From a virus (taxonomy: Duplodnaviria > Caudoviricetes), in IMG/VR virus record IMGVR_UViG_3300029305_003800, positions 1 to 64,000 of that record: 64,000 bases of DNA. One strand, 5' to 3'. The translations under genes and the position numbers were made by a program. Below, one piece after another: positions 9,542-19,274 of this stretch (its first letter is position 1; each line of letters begins with the position of its first letter). A model generated the notes under the pieces. That model was not told the origin of the DNA. It searched no databases and was given only the letters and a program-made list of their open reading frames with translations.

Positions 9542-10507
9542 ATGAAACTAACAAAAAGTCAAGAAAGAAAATTGAGAAGAAAACTTAAATTAAAATCCTC
9601 AGCAGAAGATATATTTGTAGATATGTTCTTAAATGATGTAAAAAATGAAATAGGGAAGAAAATAAGAAATGCCAAAACATTAAGAGATGTGGATATAATA
9701 ATCTCTAATATAGATGTAAAAAACATAAAAAATTATGCAAAGAATTTAAGAAATAAAGTCCTTATAAGAAATAACATTGGATTTACAGAAATAATAAAAT
9801 CCATGACTCAAGGATTAACTCAAATAAGACAAAAACAAAAAGAAGCAAAGTTATTTAATAAAGAAATGAAAAATCTTGTTAAAAATCAGGGATTAACAAA
9901 ACCTTTATTAGATATATTTGAGCATAATATGACTTTAATTAAGAATTTACCGTCTGTATGTTATAACGAATTAAGAAAAGGATATCTAGAAGGAAAATCA
10001 TTTAGAGGCACAGAATTAGAACAAAAACTCTATGAAAAATTAGGAAGTAGAGCAAAACTAGTTGTAAGAACAGAAAGTGCAAAAGTAAATACAGCAATAA
10101 CAGAAGTTCGTTCAAGATCTCTAGGAGTCAAAGGTTATATATGGTCAAGTAGTGGTGATGCAAGAGTAAGAGACACACATTCTATGCTGGATGGAGTTTT
10201 AATATTTTGGGACGATGTTCCAACATTTATGTATACAACACAAAAAGGGACACAGTCAAATATGGTTGGGCATTGTGGAGAAACTCCAAACTGCAGATGT
10301 ATAGCAATTCCTATAATATATTTTAGTGATATAAAATTCCCTGTTAAAGTTGCAGAACATGTGACATTCAACACATGGTCAAGAAATGGTAAGAGTTATT
10401 CAAAGATAAGTGGTGGTAAGATACAATTATATAATAAACAACAATTCTTATTAAAGTATGGAGAAAGATTCCTTGAACCATCTGAATTAAGAAAATTATT
10501 AAAATAA
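9542..10507 (+). CDS. MuF / SPP1 gp7-family minor head protein
   Basis: RAKLVVRTESAK, YIWSSSGDARVRDTH..LDG..F.WD, GHCGETPNCRCIAIP. Confidence 0.9.
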   Translation: MKLTKSQERKLRRKLKLKSSAEDIFVDMFLNDVKNEIGKKIRNAKTLRDVDIIISNIDVKNIKNYAKNLRNKVLIRNNIGFTEIIKSMTQGLTQIRQKQKEAKLFNKEMKNLVKNQGLTKPLLDIFEHNMTLIKNLPSVCYNELRKGYLEGKSFRGTELEQKLYEKLGSRAKLVVRTESAKVNTAITEVRSRSLGVKGYIWSSSGDARVRDTHSMLDGVLIFWDDVPTFMYTTQKGTQSNMVGHCGETPNCRCIAIPIIYFSDIKFPVKVAEHVTFNTWSRNGKSYSKISGGKIQLYNKQQFLLKYGERFLEPSELRKLLK

Positions 10508-10591
10508 ATAAAAAATTCTTCATATGACGAAACTTTAATCTAAAAACACTGTATAATAATTATAGAATGTTATGAGGAGATAGGATTTTAC

Positions 10592-11242
10592 ATGACAAAG
10601 ACAGTGTGGGATAAAACAATAATAAATGATTTAACAAAAGTTTGTAATAAAGAGATTGAATTATCAGAATTCCTAAATATGCATTGGGAGAAATTCAAAC
10701 CTACATATATCAATGTATTTAAGTATATTGAAAGTGAAGGAGATGTATATCTTTTAGTGCATAAATTCTTCAGTAAAATACTGAGATCTGATGTTCAACC
10801 TCTTTTTCAATCTGACAATCAATTATTCAGTTATTTCAAAATATCTGCTAAAAATGAAAAATATGACATAGAGCATAAGAAAGAAATAAAAATGATCCCA
10901 TTCAGCGAATATTTTGATCCAATGATAGAGAATAATTCAGATGATCCCCCTGAAGATAAAATTCCAGAAACAGGAATGTTAATGGAAGACATTGTGCAAG
11001 GAGAAAGTATTGTGGAACAAATATTTACAGAAGTCTCAAAAATTCTATCAGAACCATACATTCAAGTATTGATATTACTATATAAAGAGTATTCACCAAA
11101 AGAAATAAGAAAAATGTTAGGAGTAAGTCTAACAACAGTTAGAGACAGAATAAATGTGATAAGAAAAACTCTTAAGGAAGATTTAGGTATTTCAGAGAAA
11201 AATTTATCTTTGGGTGAAGAAAAAGACAATTTTATTAAATAA
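10592..11242 (+). CDS. Sigma-70/ECF-like transcription factor
   Basis: Region 4-like HTH L..LYKEYSPKEIRKMLGVSLTTVRDRINVIRK; region 2-like FSYFKISAKN. Confidence 0.6.
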   Translation: MTKTVWDKTIINDLTKVCNKEIELSEFLNMHWEKFKPTYINVFKYIESEGDVYLLVHKFFSKILRSDVQPLFQSDNQLFSYFKISAKNEKYDIEHKKEIKMIPFSEYFDPMIENNSDDPPEDKIPETGMLMEDIVQGESIVEQIFTEVSKILSEPYIQVLILLYKEYSPKEIRKMLGVSLTTVRDRINVIRKTLKEDLGISEKNLSLGEEKDNFIK

Positions 11243-11278
11243 AAGTAGTAATATTAAGTAGAGGAGGTTGAAAGACTC

Positions 11279-12373
11279 ATGCGATTATTAGATAGCACAA
11301 GAACGACATTTGGAACTAAACTTAGTGATCATATCTGGAAAGACAACAACGGACAGTTAATTTGTCGTGATTGTATTATTGCTAGGACAGGTAGTTATGA
11401 CTATTTAGAAAGCGAAATAATTGAGGGTGGTGATAGAAACAAAATAGTTAAAGTCTTCAGGACTGACGACGAAGTGTTTGATCCAACATCAATAGCATCG
11501 TTTGAGAACAAACCATTTGTTGACGACCATCCTCTTGATAATGTGACTCCTGAGAATTACAGAGAATTAGCAAAGGGTTACATGATAAATGTTAGACGAG
11601 GCACAGATGATTTAGAAAACTGTCTCATGTGTGATGTAGTCATAACAGATCCAGACACAATAGACCTTGTAGTGTCGGGCAGAAAACGAGAATTGTCATT
11701 GGGATATGATACTGTTATTCAAAACAGAAGTGGGAACTATTACATGACAAAAATTCGTGGAAACCATCTAGCACTTGTTGATGATGGTAGGGCAGGATGT
11801 GCTACAATTAGAGACAGTGCAGAAAAGGTCAATGGAACAGGAGGAATTAAGAAAATGTCAAAGCAAAAAATTAAACTATTTGACGAAGACATCTTTGAAG
11901 TTGAAGAAATTAAAGAAGATGAAGATGTCGCAGTAGAAGAAGTTCCTCAAGAAATCGTCACAGAAACTGTTGAAGAAAAGCATGATGACGAACCTACACT
12001 TGCTGAAATCAAAGCAATGTTGTTAGAAATTAAAGATTTGTTAGTTGCTAAAAAAGACAGTGGTGAAGAAGTTGTTGAAGCAAAAGAAGAGGTAAAGCAA
12101 CCAGATGTTGTAGGTGATGAAGATCCTGTGGAAGAAATGAAAGAGGAAGAAGAAATCATTGAAGAACAAAATGATTGCAATGCCAAAGACGAAGACGGAG
12201 ACAAACTTCTTGACGCAGACGAAATTGAAGAGGAAGTAAAAGTCGCTAAAGATTCTAAATCTGTTTACACAAAATTCTCTAAGGTAACAGATAGTTCTGC
12301 AAAGAATAATAAAGCAGAAGATATCAATAAGAGTTTTCAAGACAGATACAACAGAGCAGCAAATAAGATATAG
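11279..12373 (+). CDS. Prohead protease/scaffold (DUF2213-type)
   Basis: IARTG.Y.Y, SFENKPFVDDHP, RELSLGYD, IRGNHLALVDDGRAG; acidic scaffold C-half. Confidence 0.9.
   Translation: MRLLDSTRTTFGTKLSDHIWKDNNGQLICRDCIIARTGSYDYLESEIIEGGDRNKIVKVFRTDDEVFDPTSIASFENKPFVDDHPLDNVTPENYRELAKGYMINVRRGTDDLENCLMCDVVITDPDTIDLVVSGRKRELSLGYDTVIQNRSGNYYMTKIRGNHLALVDDGRAGCATIRDSAEKVNGTGGIKKMSKQKIKLFDEDIFEVEEIKEDEDVAVEEVPQEIVTETVEEKHDDEPTLAEIKAMLLEIKDLLVAKKDSGEEVVEAKEEVKQPDVVGDEDPVEEMKEEEEIIEEQNDCNAKDEDGDKLLDADEIEEEVKVAKDSKSVYTKFSKVTDSSAKNNKAEDINKSFQDRYNRAANKI
11855..12373 (+). CDS. Possible nested in-frame scaffold protein
   Basis: AGGAGG at 11839-11844 and in-frame ATG 11855 just after the protease domain. Confidence 0.5.
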   Translation: MSKQKIKLFDEDIFEVEEIKEDEDVAVEEVPQEIVTETVEEKHDDEPTLAEIKAMLLEIKDLLVAKKDSGEEVVEAKEEVKQPDVVGDEDPVEEMKEEEEIIEEQNDCNAKDEDGDKLLDADEIEEEVKVAKDSKSVYTKFSKVTDSSAKNNKAEDINKSFQDRYNRAANKI

Positions 12374-12390
12374 GTAGGAGGAATTAGAAA

Positions 12391-12867
12391 ATGTCTAAAT
12401 TGATTTTAGGTCAAGCAGGATTTGACCAATTAGCATTAGGTTATGAAACAAATGTTAGCCAAATTAAGACAAGAGCATATACTGTTGCTGCAACAGAAAC
12501 AAATGGTATTGTTCCAGGTGATTTACTTGCATGCACTGCAAATACTCAAGTTTATAAAGTATTGACAAGTGCAACAGAAAAAATCGCAGGAATTGCTCTT
12601 GCAACAAATGTAAAAGTTGATCCTTTATTCCCACAAAGTGCAACTGAAGTTAAATTTATGCCAGGAGACCATGGCGCAGCACTTATCTATGGTGAAATGG
12701 CAGTTAAATTGTATGGAACTGCTCCAGCAGAAGGAGACAAAGTTTACTATGATTTAACACAAAAAGCATTCACAAAAACTTCAACAGATAATGTAGAAGT
12801 TCCAGGTGCAAGATTCATGGGAAGAACAAACGGTAACATCACAGTTATCTTCGTTCAATACATTTAA
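12391..12867 (+). CDS. Capsid cement/decoration protein
   Basis: 158 aa between scaffold and major capsid; GIALAT, GDKVYY beta-tulip-like pattern. Confidence 0.7.
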   Translation: MSKLILGQAGFDQLALGYETNVSQIKTRAYTVAATETNGIVPGDLLACTANTQVYKVLTSATEKIAGIALATNVKVDPLFPQSATEVKFMPGDHGAALIYGEMAVKLYGTAPAEGDKVYYDLTQKAFTKTSTDNVEVPGARFMGRTNGNITVIFVQYI

Positions 12868-12883
12868 TAGGAGGAATAGAAAG

Positions 12884-14002
12884 ATGGAAAGTATTTTAGA
12901 AGCAGTATCTCTTAGAGATTCAAAAGAGTCTATTACCTCAAGTGCACAAGAATGCAAGAAAGGTATTTCATTAAGAGACGCAAATCCAGGATTATATAAA
13001 AGTCTTGGTAAAACAAATGTTCATGACGCAAACTTTGCATTCGTTATGACAGAATTAAGTAAATTACATGAAAAAGTTTATGAACCAAAATACAACACAA
13101 CTTATGCTCAGGATATTCCAGTAAAAGTTGGTGGTGGTATGGTAGACTTCGTTGACTTCTTCACTGTAGAATGGGCAGGTATGCCGACAGATGCTAACTT
13201 AACAGGAAACAATGTTAACATTATTCCTAGAGTTAACGCAAAATTGAACCACAAGAAAGTTAATGTTTACAATTTTGAAATTGCATATGATATCAAATTC
13301 ATTGAAATTGACAAATTGAACAAACTTAACTTTGCTAAATCACTTGAAGCAATTTACAAAGATGCTATTCTTGCAGGATGGGATTTGTTCTGTGATAAAA
13401 TTGCTTATGAGGGTCCAAATGGTAATGATGGTCTATTTACATCAGGTAATGTATTGACAACTATTATTCCAAGAGGAACTGCAGATGCAACAGCAACAGG
13501 ATTTGCTCAAATGACAGACGCAGAAATTGTATCAACTATTAATGGTATTTTATCATTCTATTTGATCAATACAAACAATAACATTGATTTGTTACCAGAC
13601 ACATTCTTGTTACCAACAACTGATGCTACAGAATTGTCAAGCAGATTCAGCACACTTTACAGCAATACATTAAGAAACTTCTTGATGGAATTCAATGTAG
13701 GTATTGATGAAGCAAAAGCAGCAGGATTTGATAACTATAAATTAAGAATGAGAGGTCGTGCAAGACTTAATGGTGTAGGAACAAATGCTGCAGGAAGAAT
13801 TGTTGCTTACAAATTTGATGAAGATTATGTAAGAATGGACATTCCATATCCAGTTCAAGTTTACTACACAGGTCCAAACACAGACAAACTTTGCTATACA
13901 ACTTACTTTGTTGGTCAAGCAAGTGAGATTCAACTTCCATATAATACAGACAATGCAAACATTGGTCCTGTAACATATTGGGACTTCACAGCAGGACAAT
14001 AA
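12884..14002 (+). CDS. Major capsid protein (DUF2184-type, HK97 fold)
   Basis: AGGAGG before ATG 12884. ELSKLHEKVYEP, DKIAYEG..GLF, PDTFLLP, GRIVAY..DEDYVRMDIP; high-expression codon use. Confidence 0.9.
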   Translation: MESILEAVSLRDSKESITSSAQECKKGISLRDANPGLYKSLGKTNVHDANFAFVMTELSKLHEKVYEPKYNTTYAQDIPVKVGGGMVDFVDFFTVEWAGMPTDANLTGNNVNIIPRVNAKLNHKKVNVYNFEIAYDIKFIEIDKLNKLNFAKSLEAIYKDAILAGWDLFCDKIAYEGPNGNDGLFTSGNVLTTIIPRGTADATATGFAQMTDAEIVSTINGILSFYLINTNNNIDLLPDTFLLPTTDATELSSRFSTLYSNTLRNFLMEFNVGIDEAKAAGFDNYKLRMRGRARLNGVGTNAAGRIVAYKFDEDYVRMDIPYPVQVYYTGPNTDKLCYTTYFVGQASEIQLPYNTDNANIGPVTYWDFTAGQ

Positions 14003-14016
14003 TAATAAATTAAAAT

Positions 14017-14070
14017 CCATAACAAGTTATGGTCGGTAGAGAGATAAAACTCTCTACTGATACATATTTT
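14017..14070 (+). terminator. Tandem hairpins / terminator after the capsid gene
   Basis: ccataac-aa-gttatgg (14017-14032) and tcggtagagag-ataaaa-ctctctactga (14033-14060), then T-rich tract. Confidence 0.55.
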
Positions 14071-14125
14071 AATTTTGTTTTTATATTTAATAATTTAATA
14101 GAATAATATTAGGAGGACAATAATC

Positions 14126-14434
14126 ATGTCAGAAGTGAAAGAAGAAATGACTGAGGTTGTTGAAAAACCTCAGAAAGAAAAATTAGATCCTAGATATGTG
14201 GAGGGTCTATATAGAGCAAAACAACCTATTAGAGTTGTTAAAGAATTATCTCATATGGATAAGAAAAATAGCGATGGAACTATCGCAAGAACATTTGGAA
14301 CATGGGCAGCAAAACCAGAGAATTTTATATTCTTCAGTGATAAGACATCAGTAAAATTAACTAAAGAAGAATTAAAATTGACTCAAATTCAACAACTTAT
14401 AGACAACGGAACTATTTATAGAGTATTACAATAA
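14126..14434 (+). CDS. Hypothetical virion morphogenesis protein
   Basis: AGGAGG RBS; position after capsid. Confidence 0.6.
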   Translation: MSEVKEEMTEVVEKPQKEKLDPRYVEGLYRAKQPIRVVKELSHMDKKNSDGTIARTFGTWAAKPENFIFFSDKTSVKLTKEELKLTQIQQLIDNGTIYRVLQ

Positions 14435-14448
14435 GGAGGTAAACAACA

Positions 14449-14880
14449 ATGCTAAATGGCATTCCAACTCCTATTACTCCACCAGAATACAGTGTAAATA
14501 CATTTAAGTTATATATACCTAAATTAAAGTGGTGGGTAGAGGATTCTGAAAATACAGATTTATATAATCTTGCCGTCAATAAAATGAAACAAAGACTTAA
14601 TTACAGTTATTGGTTGGAAGATTGGGAAGAGGCAATGTCATTAGCAGTTGCTCACTTCATTATAACAACAGATCCTAGATTTGCTCAATCAACAGATTCA
14701 GATGCTACTGCAGGTGGTGTAATGAAAAGTAGATCAGTCGCAAATGTATCATACGATTACGATATTGAATATTTTGTTCCTAAAAATACAGGATATGAGA
14801 TGTGGGTAACAACAGGATACGGTAGACGACTTGTTGCACTCTCATTACAGAGAGGATATGTTGGAGTTGTAACATCTTAA
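14449..14880 (+). CDS. Head-tail adaptor (DUF4054-like)
   Basis: LAVAH, G..KSRSVANVSYDY, W.TTGYGRR motifs. Confidence 0.8.
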   Translation: MLNGIPTPITPPEYSVNTFKLYIPKLKWWVEDSENTDLYNLAVNKMKQRLNYSYWLEDWEEAMSLAVAHFIITTDPRFAQSTDSDATAGGVMKSRSVANVSYDYDIEYFVPKNTGYEMWVTTGYGRRLVALSLQRGYVGVVTS

Positions 14881-15419
14881 TGGAATTAGAATTAAAATCA
14901 TCAAGAAATGATGAAAAATTGATTGAGAACATTTTAGGATTTACAGGAAAAATACTAATAGGAGTTCCAGAAGATACAAATAGATATCTACAAACTTCAG
15001 GAAATACTAAAGAACAAATTGAAAATAGAGCAAATTCAAATATAAATAATGCTCAATTACTAGCAATTCTTGAAAACGGAAGTCCTGTAAAAAATCTTCC
15101 ACCTAGAAGAGTAATAGAACCAGTAATAAGAAAACATGAAGAACAAATCAGAGAAGTATTCAATAAGGTCTATCAGTTGCTAATTGAAGGAAGAAGAGAA
15201 GAGGCAGATAAGGAATTAGATGCTTTATCTCTTGCAGTTCAAGCATGGTGTCAAGCATTCTTTAGAGAAGATAATGGTTGGGAACCAGATAAACCAGCAA
15301 CAATACATGCTAAAAATAGAAGAGCAGGAAAACCTAAAGATGCTCCTACAACTACATTAATAGATACAGGATCTCTTAGAGGTGCAATACGAGGAATATA
15401 TGTAAAAGGTAGGAGGTAA
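14880..15419 (+). CDS. Neck / virion morphogenesis protein
   Basis: NAQLLAILENGSP..NLPPRR, PATIHAK, LIDTGSLR. Confidence 0.75.
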   Translation: MELELKSSRNDEKLIENILGFTGKILIGVPEDTNRYLQTSGNTKEQIENRANSNINNAQLLAILENGSPVKNLPPRRVIEPVIRKHEEQIREVFNKVYQLLIEGRREEADKELDALSLAVQAWCQAFFREDNGWEPDKPATIHAKNRRAGKPKDAPTTTLIDTGSLRGAIRGIYVKGRR

Positions 15420-15421
15420 AA

Positions 15422-16021
15422 ATGGATAATATTCAAACTAAAGAACAAATTGAAGATTTTATGCATGATGTTATTGCAAATATCTTACCTCACATAGAGA
15501 AATCAAATATTCGTCCTGCATTTCAAAAGACTAAAAGAAATAATCCTGCAGGAGCAAATGTTATATCTCAGAGTGGTGAGATAGATGGATTAAGAGGATT
15601 TACAAACAAAGATAATTTTATTTATTTTAGAGTCCTTGAAAATCCTCAGAACAATACAGAGTCAGAAGTAGAACCAGACGACACAACATCCTTTATAGAA
15701 CATATAGAATTAACAGTATACATATACGGTGAAAAAGCACAGAGAAATGCTTTATTATTAAAAGCACTGATGCGAACAACAAGAGTTCAAGATTATTTGA
15801 ATCTCAATGGCTATTATCAATTAGATGAAGGAGATATAACTCCACTATCAGAAAACAATAATGGTGAGTGGTGGGATAGGACTGATGTAAAATTCAATTT
15901 TACTCGTAAAGTTGTTATAGAGGTAGAACCAGAAGATGCAATTACAATAGCAAAGAGTTGTAATGAGGGTGTTTTACCAGAAGTAATAGTTGACGGAGGA
16001 GATAGAAATGCCAAAAAATAG
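15422..16021 (+). CDS. Tail terminator / neck protein
   Basis: YIYGEKA..NA..L and WWDRTDVKFNF; synteny. Confidence 0.6.
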   Translation: MDNIQTKEQIEDFMHDVIANILPHIEKSNIRPAFQKTKRNNPAGANVISQSGEIDGLRGFTNKDNFIYFRVLENPQNNTESEVEPDDTTSFIEHIELTVYIYGEKAQRNALLLKALMRTTRVQDYLNLNGYYQLDEGDITPLSENNNGEWWDRTDVKFNFTRKVVIEVEPEDAITIAKSCNEGVLPEVIVDGGDRNAKK

Positions 16022-16424
16022 TCCTATACATAATTTATATAGTAAACCAGATTTACAAGCATTTAGACAAGCATTAAGTTTATCATCAGCACTATATAAA
16101 GTTAAAAGAGAAATAACAAATCATTTTAACGATAAAGGAAGACCAGATTCAAAAGAACAGATCACTTATATAGAATTAGCAATAGTTCCAAAGGGAAATT
16201 ACACAGTAAATCAAAAAGAACAAGGTAGTTGGACAGCAGAAAGTTTTGAGATTAGTTATATCTATCCTGACTATTTACAAGTTGAAGATATTGTGTATCA
16301 TCCAAATTATGGAGAGTTAAGAGTTCTTGATATAAATGATATGAGAGAATATGGAGTTAGTTCAGCAACAGCAGTGAGAGTAAATTCTATAAGACAAATA
16401 AAGAATAGTGGCGAATGGATATAA
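16008..16424 (+). CDS. Head closure protein (putative)
   Basis: GGAGG before ATG 16008; C-terminal DMREYG pattern; synteny. Confidence 0.5.
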   Translation: MPKNSPIHNLYSKPDLQAFRQALSLSSALYKVKREITNHFNDKGRPDSKEQITYIELAIVPKGNYTVNQKEQGSWTAESFEISYIYPDYLQVEDIVYHPNYGELRVLDINDMREYGVSSATAVRVNSIRQIKNSGEWI

Positions 16425-16455
16425 ATCATACAATGCAAGACTATTCTTGTATCAT

Positions 16456-16494
16456 AGTCTGCATTAAGTAAAATTGATGCAGACTTTTATTTTA
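16456..16494 (+). terminator. Rho-independent terminator
   Basis: agtctgcattaa-gtaaaa-ttgatgcagact followed by T-rich tract. Confidence 0.65.
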
Positions 16495-16514
16495 TAATTA
16501 AGGAGAATTATATT

Positions 16515-16889
16515 ATGGAAGAAAAAGAAAATAAAATATATTGGGAAACTATTCACGAAGATATTTGTGATGGTGTCAAATTCAAATTTAAGAAATTAAA
16601 TACAGTTGAACATCTTAATTTAGTTACAAAGAATGTTGACTTTGAAAGACTTGATGGAGAAAAGGCAGAGTTCTTCATTAATAAGTGTCTTCAATACACA
16701 TTGTGGTCAAAAGATGGAAATAATTGGACTCAATTGATAGATGTGGAAGGAAATGCAAAATTGCCAGAATTAGAAAGAAATCCATCTATAGCATTAGATT
16801 TATTTTATATGTTTAAGAGGGATGTGCTTGCACCAGTTTTTACAGAATCCAAAACATTCCAGAACTTTATGAAGGATCAAGCAGAATAG
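16515..16889 (+). CDS. Tail assembly chaperone (G-like)
   Basis: Lies upstream of tape measure; followed by an overlapping -1-frame ORF. Confidence 0.7.
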   Translation: MEEKENKIYWETIHEDICDGVKFKFKKLNTVEHLNLVTKNVDFERLDGEKAEFFINKCLQYTLWSKDGNNWTQLIDVEGNAKLPELERNPSIALDLFYMFKRDVLAPVFTESKTFQNFMKDQAE

Positions 16890-17083
16890 ACACAAGTTTA
16901 TTTATACATCCAAAAAATGTATCTTATTGGGAATATTCACTAGTTGCAGGAGGATACGCAACTTTATCAGAAATAAGATATAAGTTCAATATTTGGGATG
17001 TTTTGGATTTATTAGAAATAATGACAGTGAAAGAAAGTAATACAAGAATTGCCAACGAGCAAATAGAAAATAAGAGAAGATAA
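16836..17083 (+). CDS. Tail assembly chaperone -1 frameshift extension (GT-like)
   Basis: -1 frame open from about 16817 to TAA 17081-17083 (..YWEYSLVAGGYATLSEIRYKFNIWDVLDLLEIM..), no own RBS/start; GTTTTT at 16836-16841. Confidence 0.6.
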
Positions 17084-17095
17084 GGAGATTAAAAG

Positions 17096-18253
17096 ATGGC
17101 AGAAAAAGTAATGGGATCTTACCTATACGAATTAAAACCATACATAGATAAAAAGAAGTGGAAAGATGCATCAGGTGAAATAGACACTGCCATCAAATCT
17201 ACTAAGATGTCTGCAGATGAATGGAAATCAAGAAAGAAAGAGTATGCAGAACAAATAAAAGAAATATCAAGACTTAAAGGTGAAATACAAGCACTTGAAA
17301 AAGAGGCAGCAAAATTAGAGAAATCAGGAAACACTGTTGCAGCAAATAAGATAAAAGATATGCTGCAAAAATTTACTACAGGTCCGGATGGTAAACTAAC
17401 TGTTGAAGGGAAGAAAGCAGATTTAGAAAACTTAACTAATAAAGCACAAGAAAATAAATTATATATGGATGCCATGGCAGGAAATGTTGATTGGAAGTCT
17501 AGTCTAGCAGGAAAGATGTCTTCATTTGCATCTGGAGTTACAGCAGCAACAGGAGCATTATCAGCACTATATAATGGCATGAAGAAAGCAATAACAGGAG
17601 CAATAGATTTAGTAGAACAACAAGCAGAATTATCTAATAAACTAAATGCATTTGGTTCATTCGGAAATATGGGAATAAGAGATACAATGTCAAGATTTGG
17701 TGTAAGTTCTCTTAGAGCAAATGCAATGCAATCTGTTATGGGATACATGGGAATAAGTGAATCAGATTTTGGTAGAATGACTGATGCACAAAGAAAGACA
17801 TATGATGAATTGATAAATTATTACGAACAAGGGATAAATAAAATAGATCCAACTAAATTAAAAGAATATTATGAAACAATGGACGAGTTCCAAACTAATT
17901 TAATAAAATTCAGAATGGATCTAAAATCAACAATATTAAAAATGTTTGCAGAAAGTGAGTCATTTAAGAAATTAACAGGATCACTTGAAAGATTCTTTGA
18001 GAAATTTATAGACTTTTTGGAAACTCCTATTGTTCAATGGTTCCTAGATACATTCCTTGAATTCTTAAGTTCACTAGTAGATATTGCTTCAGATATATTT
18101 AGCATATTCCCTGGAGGCAGTAAAAGTTCTACAACAAATACTACAAATAATTCTTCAACAAATACCTATTATATTTATGGAAGTGATTATTCAAGTAATA
18201 GCGAGTTAGCAAGATCTATAGCACTTGAACAACAAACAGGAGGAATAGGATAA
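17096..18253 (+). CDS. Tape measure protein (short, 385 aa)
   Basis: Helical, Ala/Gly-rich, amphipathic Phe-rich C-segment; between chaperone and baseplate genes. Confidence 0.7.
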   Translation: MAEKVMGSYLYELKPYIDKKKWKDASGEIDTAIKSTKMSADEWKSRKKEYAEQIKEISRLKGEIQALEKEAAKLEKSGNTVAANKIKDMLQKFTTGPDGKLTVEGKKADLENLTNKAQENKLYMDAMAGNVDWKSSLAGKMSSFASGVTAATGALSALYNGMKKAITGAIDLVEQQAELSNKLNAFGSFGNMGIRDTMSRFGVSSLRANAMQSVMGYMGISESDFGRMTDAQRKTYDELINYYEQGINKIDPTKLKEYYETMDEFQTNLIKFRMDLKSTILKMFAESESFKKLTGSLERFFEKFIDFLETPIVQWFLDTFLEFLSSLVDIASDIFSIFPGGSKSSTTNTTNNSSTNTYYIYGSDYSSNSELARSIALEQQTGGIG

Positions 18254-18930
18254 TGAATAAAGTATATATTTTAGATAAAACAACAAATATAACATATTAT
18301 CTTGTAGGAATAAAAGAAATAAGTCCTGCAAGATCTTCAACTGTGACAGAATATCCTGTTCCTGAGGGTGGATTTATAAGTGACCACATTTATAGAGATC
18401 CAGATAATCTAAACTTTTCAATGATAAGTGATGGATTTGATGCATTAAAGAAATCTTATTATATGACAGAAAATGGAAATATAGTTAATTTATCTTATCA
18501 AGCATTAAAAGATTTATTCAGAGATTGGTTAAATAATGGCACACAATTAGAAATACAGACAGTTCATGCGTTATTTAAGAATATGTGTCTAACTAGAGTA
18601 AGTTGGAGAGAATCAAATGATTCATGGTCAAAGTTTACACCAACATTGAATTTCAAAGAGGTAAGAATTGCTCAATTAGTAACAACTACAATGAATGCAC
18701 TTAATGTAGGTTATGGTGCTAGTTATTCTGTTGAAGATGAGACAGGAGAAACAAGTGGAAATGAAATAACAAGTCAAAGTGTTGTAGGAGGCACTCTTGC
18801 GTCTGCTGCAGTCGGAGCAGGATTAGGTGCTGCAATAGGAAGTATTATTCCAGGAGTAGGAACTGCTGTAGGTGCGGGAGTAGGTGCAGCAGCAGGAGCA
18901 GTTATAGGATTCTTTAAGAGTATATTTTAG
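18253..18930 (+). CDS. Baseplate / tube-initiator protein
   Basis: VTEYPVPEG..ISDH, NM.LT, F.EVRI motifs; C-terminal glycine zipper. Confidence 0.75.
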   Translation: MNKVYILDKTTNITYYLVGIKEISPARSSTVTEYPVPEGGFISDHIYRDPDNLNFSMISDGFDALKKSYYMTENGNIVNLSYQALKDLFRDWLNNGTQLEIQTVHALFKNMCLTRVSWRESNDSWSKFTPTLNFKEVRIAQLVTTTMNALNVGYGASYSVEDETGETSGNEITSQSVVGGTLASAAVGAGLGAAIGSIIPGVGTAVGAGVGAAAGAVIGFFKSIF

Positions 18931-18941
18931 GAGAGGTATAT

Positions 18942-19265
18942 ATGAAAATAAAAATGATACAATTTAAGACATATAAACAATATTCATTCTCTACAAATAT
19001 AAATGGCGAGAAGTATAGAGTCCATATAAGATATAACAGTTATTTAGATAACTACTATATAAATGTAGATCAATTTATAAACGGAGTTTATATAAACATA
19101 ATAAACAGTGTTATGCTTTATACAGGAGTAAATTTATTTCAACAACATCCTCAATTAAATCTTGGATATTTTTATGTGGTTCCAACAAAGGTAGAATTAT
19201 ATTCAGAAGATCCTAAATCTGCAACAATTCAAAACTTTATGATGTTATGGGTATCAGATAATTAG
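18942..19265 (+). CDS. Baseplate plug-like protein
   Basis: 107 aa; YNSY..YYI.V, GVNL..Q; synteny. Confidence 0.6.
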   Translation: MKIKMIQFKTYKQYSFSTNINGEKYRVHIRYNSYLDNYYINVDQFINGVYINIINSVMLYTGVNLFQQHPQLNLGYFYVVPTKVELYSEDPKSATIQNFMMLWVSDN

Positions 19266-19274
19266 AGGTGAATT

